A DNA stretch of 64,000 bases from an uncultured Pseudomonadota bacterium. GTDB taxonomy: Bacteria > Myxococcota_A > Polyangia > Fen-1088. Position numbers and translations under genes: made by a program. How positions within the stretch are numbered: position 1 is the stretch's first letter; every line of letters begins with the position of its first letter. The stretch covers positions 192,001-256,000 of the forward strand of contig CAWKBC010000017.1 of assembly GCA_963847705.1 (NCBI GenBank). Direction: 5' to 3'. This document shows positions 62,044 through 64,000 of the stretch, piece after piece. The notes beneath the pieces are model-generated. The model did not search any database, was not told the DNA's origin, and saw nothing but the letters and a program-made list of their open reading frames with translations.

Positions 62044-64000
62044 ATGACCTGGAGCGAGCGTGTCGGCTGCGGCCTGGGCGCGCTCGCCGTGCTGCTGGCC
62101 TTCGCCGTCTCGCTCTGCGGGATCGGCGGCGCCTTCCCGGACGGGCACTACGCCTCGAGCTCGGTGATCGGGACGGCCGCCTACAACACCTACCGCTGGA
62201 AGACGTTGTTCCCCGTCGAGGTCTACGTCGATCACCCGCCGGCCTCCTCGGTCTACTACATGCACCACCCGCTGGGGATGTTCTGGGTCATCGACCTCCT
62301 CGGCAAGACCTTCGGCCTGCACGACTGGGTGCTCCGCCTGCCGCCGCTCGTCTACATGACGGCGACGACCCTGTTGTTGTTCAAGGTTGGGCGCGCGCTC
62401 TGGGGCGCGATCCCCGGCGGCCTCACCGCCCTGGCCTACGTCGCGCTGCCAATCACCCTGGGGTACGCGAACTACCACGACCTCGAGCAGCCGGTGATGT
62501 TCGGCGTCGTCCTGGCCAGCTGGGGCTACCTGCGGTTCGTGCGCACCTGGCGCGAGCGGTATGCGCTCGCCAGCGTGCTCGGCTTCGTGTTCGCCCTCAA
62601 CAACGACTGGGCGGCCTACCTGTGGGGCGCCCCGTTCCTGGCCGGCCTCTTCGTCTACGCGTTCCTGCTCTCGGAGCCGACGCGCGGGCGGCTGGAGATG
62701 AAGCCGTTCGGCCGCTACTGGGCGCTCATGTGCGTCGGGGCGGCGTTCAGCTTGGCCCTGGAGATCGTGGTGCTCAGTCAGAGCGGACGCATCTCGGACG
62801 TGCTGTCGTCGTACCTGCTGCGGTCGTCAGGGACGGCCATCCCGCTGAAGGTCGTCCTGGCGGCGCGCCGTTACCGCATCGAGCTGATGTTCACCACGCT
62901 CGGGATCGGCCTGGGGAAGCTGGCGCTCCCGATCATCGTCGCGCGCGCGGTGATCAGACGGAATCACCTCGAGCTGCTGGCCCTCCCCCTCTTCTTCTGC
63001 GCGCTCTGCCAGTACCTGGTCTTCAAGGAAGGGGCCGACGTTCACATCTTCTGGCCGCACTACTTCGCCCCCTACTTCGCGCTGGCGGTGGGCGCGCTGG
63101 CAGCGTCGGTCTGCGAGCTGACGGTCTGGGCCTGGGAGCGTCTCGGCCGGCCGGATCCCTCCCGGGGCGTTCGGGCCGCGCCCTGGGTGGCGCTGGTGTT
63201 GCTCGGGCTGCCGGTCGGCTTCGTCCTCAAGGATGGCCTCTCGCTGCTGCGCCTGGCGCGCGAGACGGGCGGGCGCTTCGCCGAGGTGAACCTGGACACC
63301 GACCTCGACAAGGAGGCGGTGCTGCGCTGGTTCCTGGCCCGCTTGCCCCCGACGGTGGGAATCGCCTATCACCCCGCCATCCACGACGGCTGGGCGCTGC
63401 AGTGGGAGCTGCGGCCGCGCCTCTCGGCCGCCAACCAGCCGGTCGTGGCCGGCGTCTCCGACAGCACCCGCGTCTACATCATGGACACGCGGAGCGCGTC
63501 GCCCGGCGAGCTGCAGCAGGCGGCCGGGCGCTACCACGTCCAGGCGGTCGGATTCCTCTGGGTGTTCGATCGGGCGCAGCCCCCCGCCCCGCTCGACGGA
63601 TATGTTCTCGACGAGCGCGAGCCCACGCTGTGGGAGCGCTGGTGGCTGGGACCGACGGAGCCGATCCGATCGGTCCGGCCCGATGCCTGGACCACCTGGG
63701 AGTGGCGCAAGATGCTCGGCCAGCCGGCGGTGGTGCCGACGAGCGCACCCACCACCACCGACGAGCTGCGGATCGCGCACAACGCCGCCGTCGAGCGCGG
63801 CGACCTGGCGTCGGCAGCGCGGCTGCGGGCGGCGCTCGTCGCGCGCCTCAACGTGCACCTGACCGCCGCGTTCGAGGGGGGGACGTCGCTTATCGGCGCC
63901 GTGCAGCGGACCGGCGCGCGCCGAAGCTTCACCCTGTTCTTCGTCGCAGGGAACATCGCGGGCGACGCGCGCTTCTCCGTCCACGCCAGGGTCACCGCGC
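62044..64000 (+). CDS. Partial multi-TM glycosyltransferase (ArnT/GT-C-like), runs off the window
   Basis: Own translation MTWSERVGCGLGALAVLLAF...YYMHHPLG...WVLRLPP...NDWAAY; many hydrophobic segments; no stop seen. Confidence 0.7.
   Translation, partial: MTWSERVGCGLGALAVLLAFAVSLCGIGGAFPDGHYASSSVIGTAAYNTYRWKTLFPVEVYVDHPPASSVYYMHHPLGMFWVIDLLGKTFGLHDWVLRLPPLVYMTATTLLLFKVGRALWGAIPGGLTALAYVALPITLGYANYHDLEQPVMFGVVLASWGYLRFVRTWRERYALASVLGFVFALNNDWAAYLWGAPFLAGLFVYAFLLSEPTRGRLEMKPFGRYWALMCVGAAFSLALEIVVLSQSGRISDVLSSYLLRSSGTAIPLKVVLAARRYRIELMFTTLGIGLGKLALPIIVARAVIRRNHLELLALPLFFCALCQYLVFKEGADVHIFWPHYFAPYFALAVGALAASVCELTVWAWERLGRPDPSRGVRAAPWVALVLLGLPVGFVLKDGLSLLRLARETGGRFAEVNLDTDLDKEAVLRWFLARLPPTVGIAYHPAIHDGWALQWELRPRLSAANQPVVAGVSDSTRVYIMDTRSASPGELQQAAGRYHVQAVGFLWVFDRAQPPAPLDGYVLDEREPTLWERWWLGPTEPIRSVRPDAWTTWEWRKMLGQPAVVPTSAPTTTDELRIAHNAAVERGDLASAARLRAALVARLNVHLTAAFEGGTSLIGAVQRTGARRSFTLFFVAGNIAGDARFSVHARVTA

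Overview
High-GC DNA whose gene content points to a myxobacterium (Myxococcota). Left part, mostly + strand: polA, a TPR/zincin gene, a Gld-like ABC exporter, an epimerase, yicC-gmk-rel, a Ser/Thr pseudokinase, tmk and signalling genes. Right part, mostly - strand: gmd/fcl, tRNA-Arg, gluQ, apt, nlpD, pcm, surE, tRNA-Pro, ihfA, pheT, pheS, rplT, rpmI, infC, thrS and tRNA-Val, followed by membrane glycosyltransferase genes. Three things stand out and none is annotated in the ORF track. (1) At ~29.9 kb a XerC/D dif-like site is abutted by a 1478-bp transposase-less element. It has IS1202-type ends, an exact 5-bp TCGTC duplication, and one Cys-rich lipoprotein as cargo. (2) At 38.3-41.4 kb a candidate RiPP locus: a 52-aa precursor, an HPr-kinase-like/degenerate peptidase fusion, a PqqD/RRE protein and a radical SAM-SPASM enzyme. 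(3) A 98-bp CTAG-flanked MITE-like hairpin whose end motif recurs, inverted, upstream of the same pseudokinase gene. Frameshifts in pheS, pheT, an SDR and two glycosyltransferases are probably sequencing indels. All calls come from reading motifs by eye; no database search was run.
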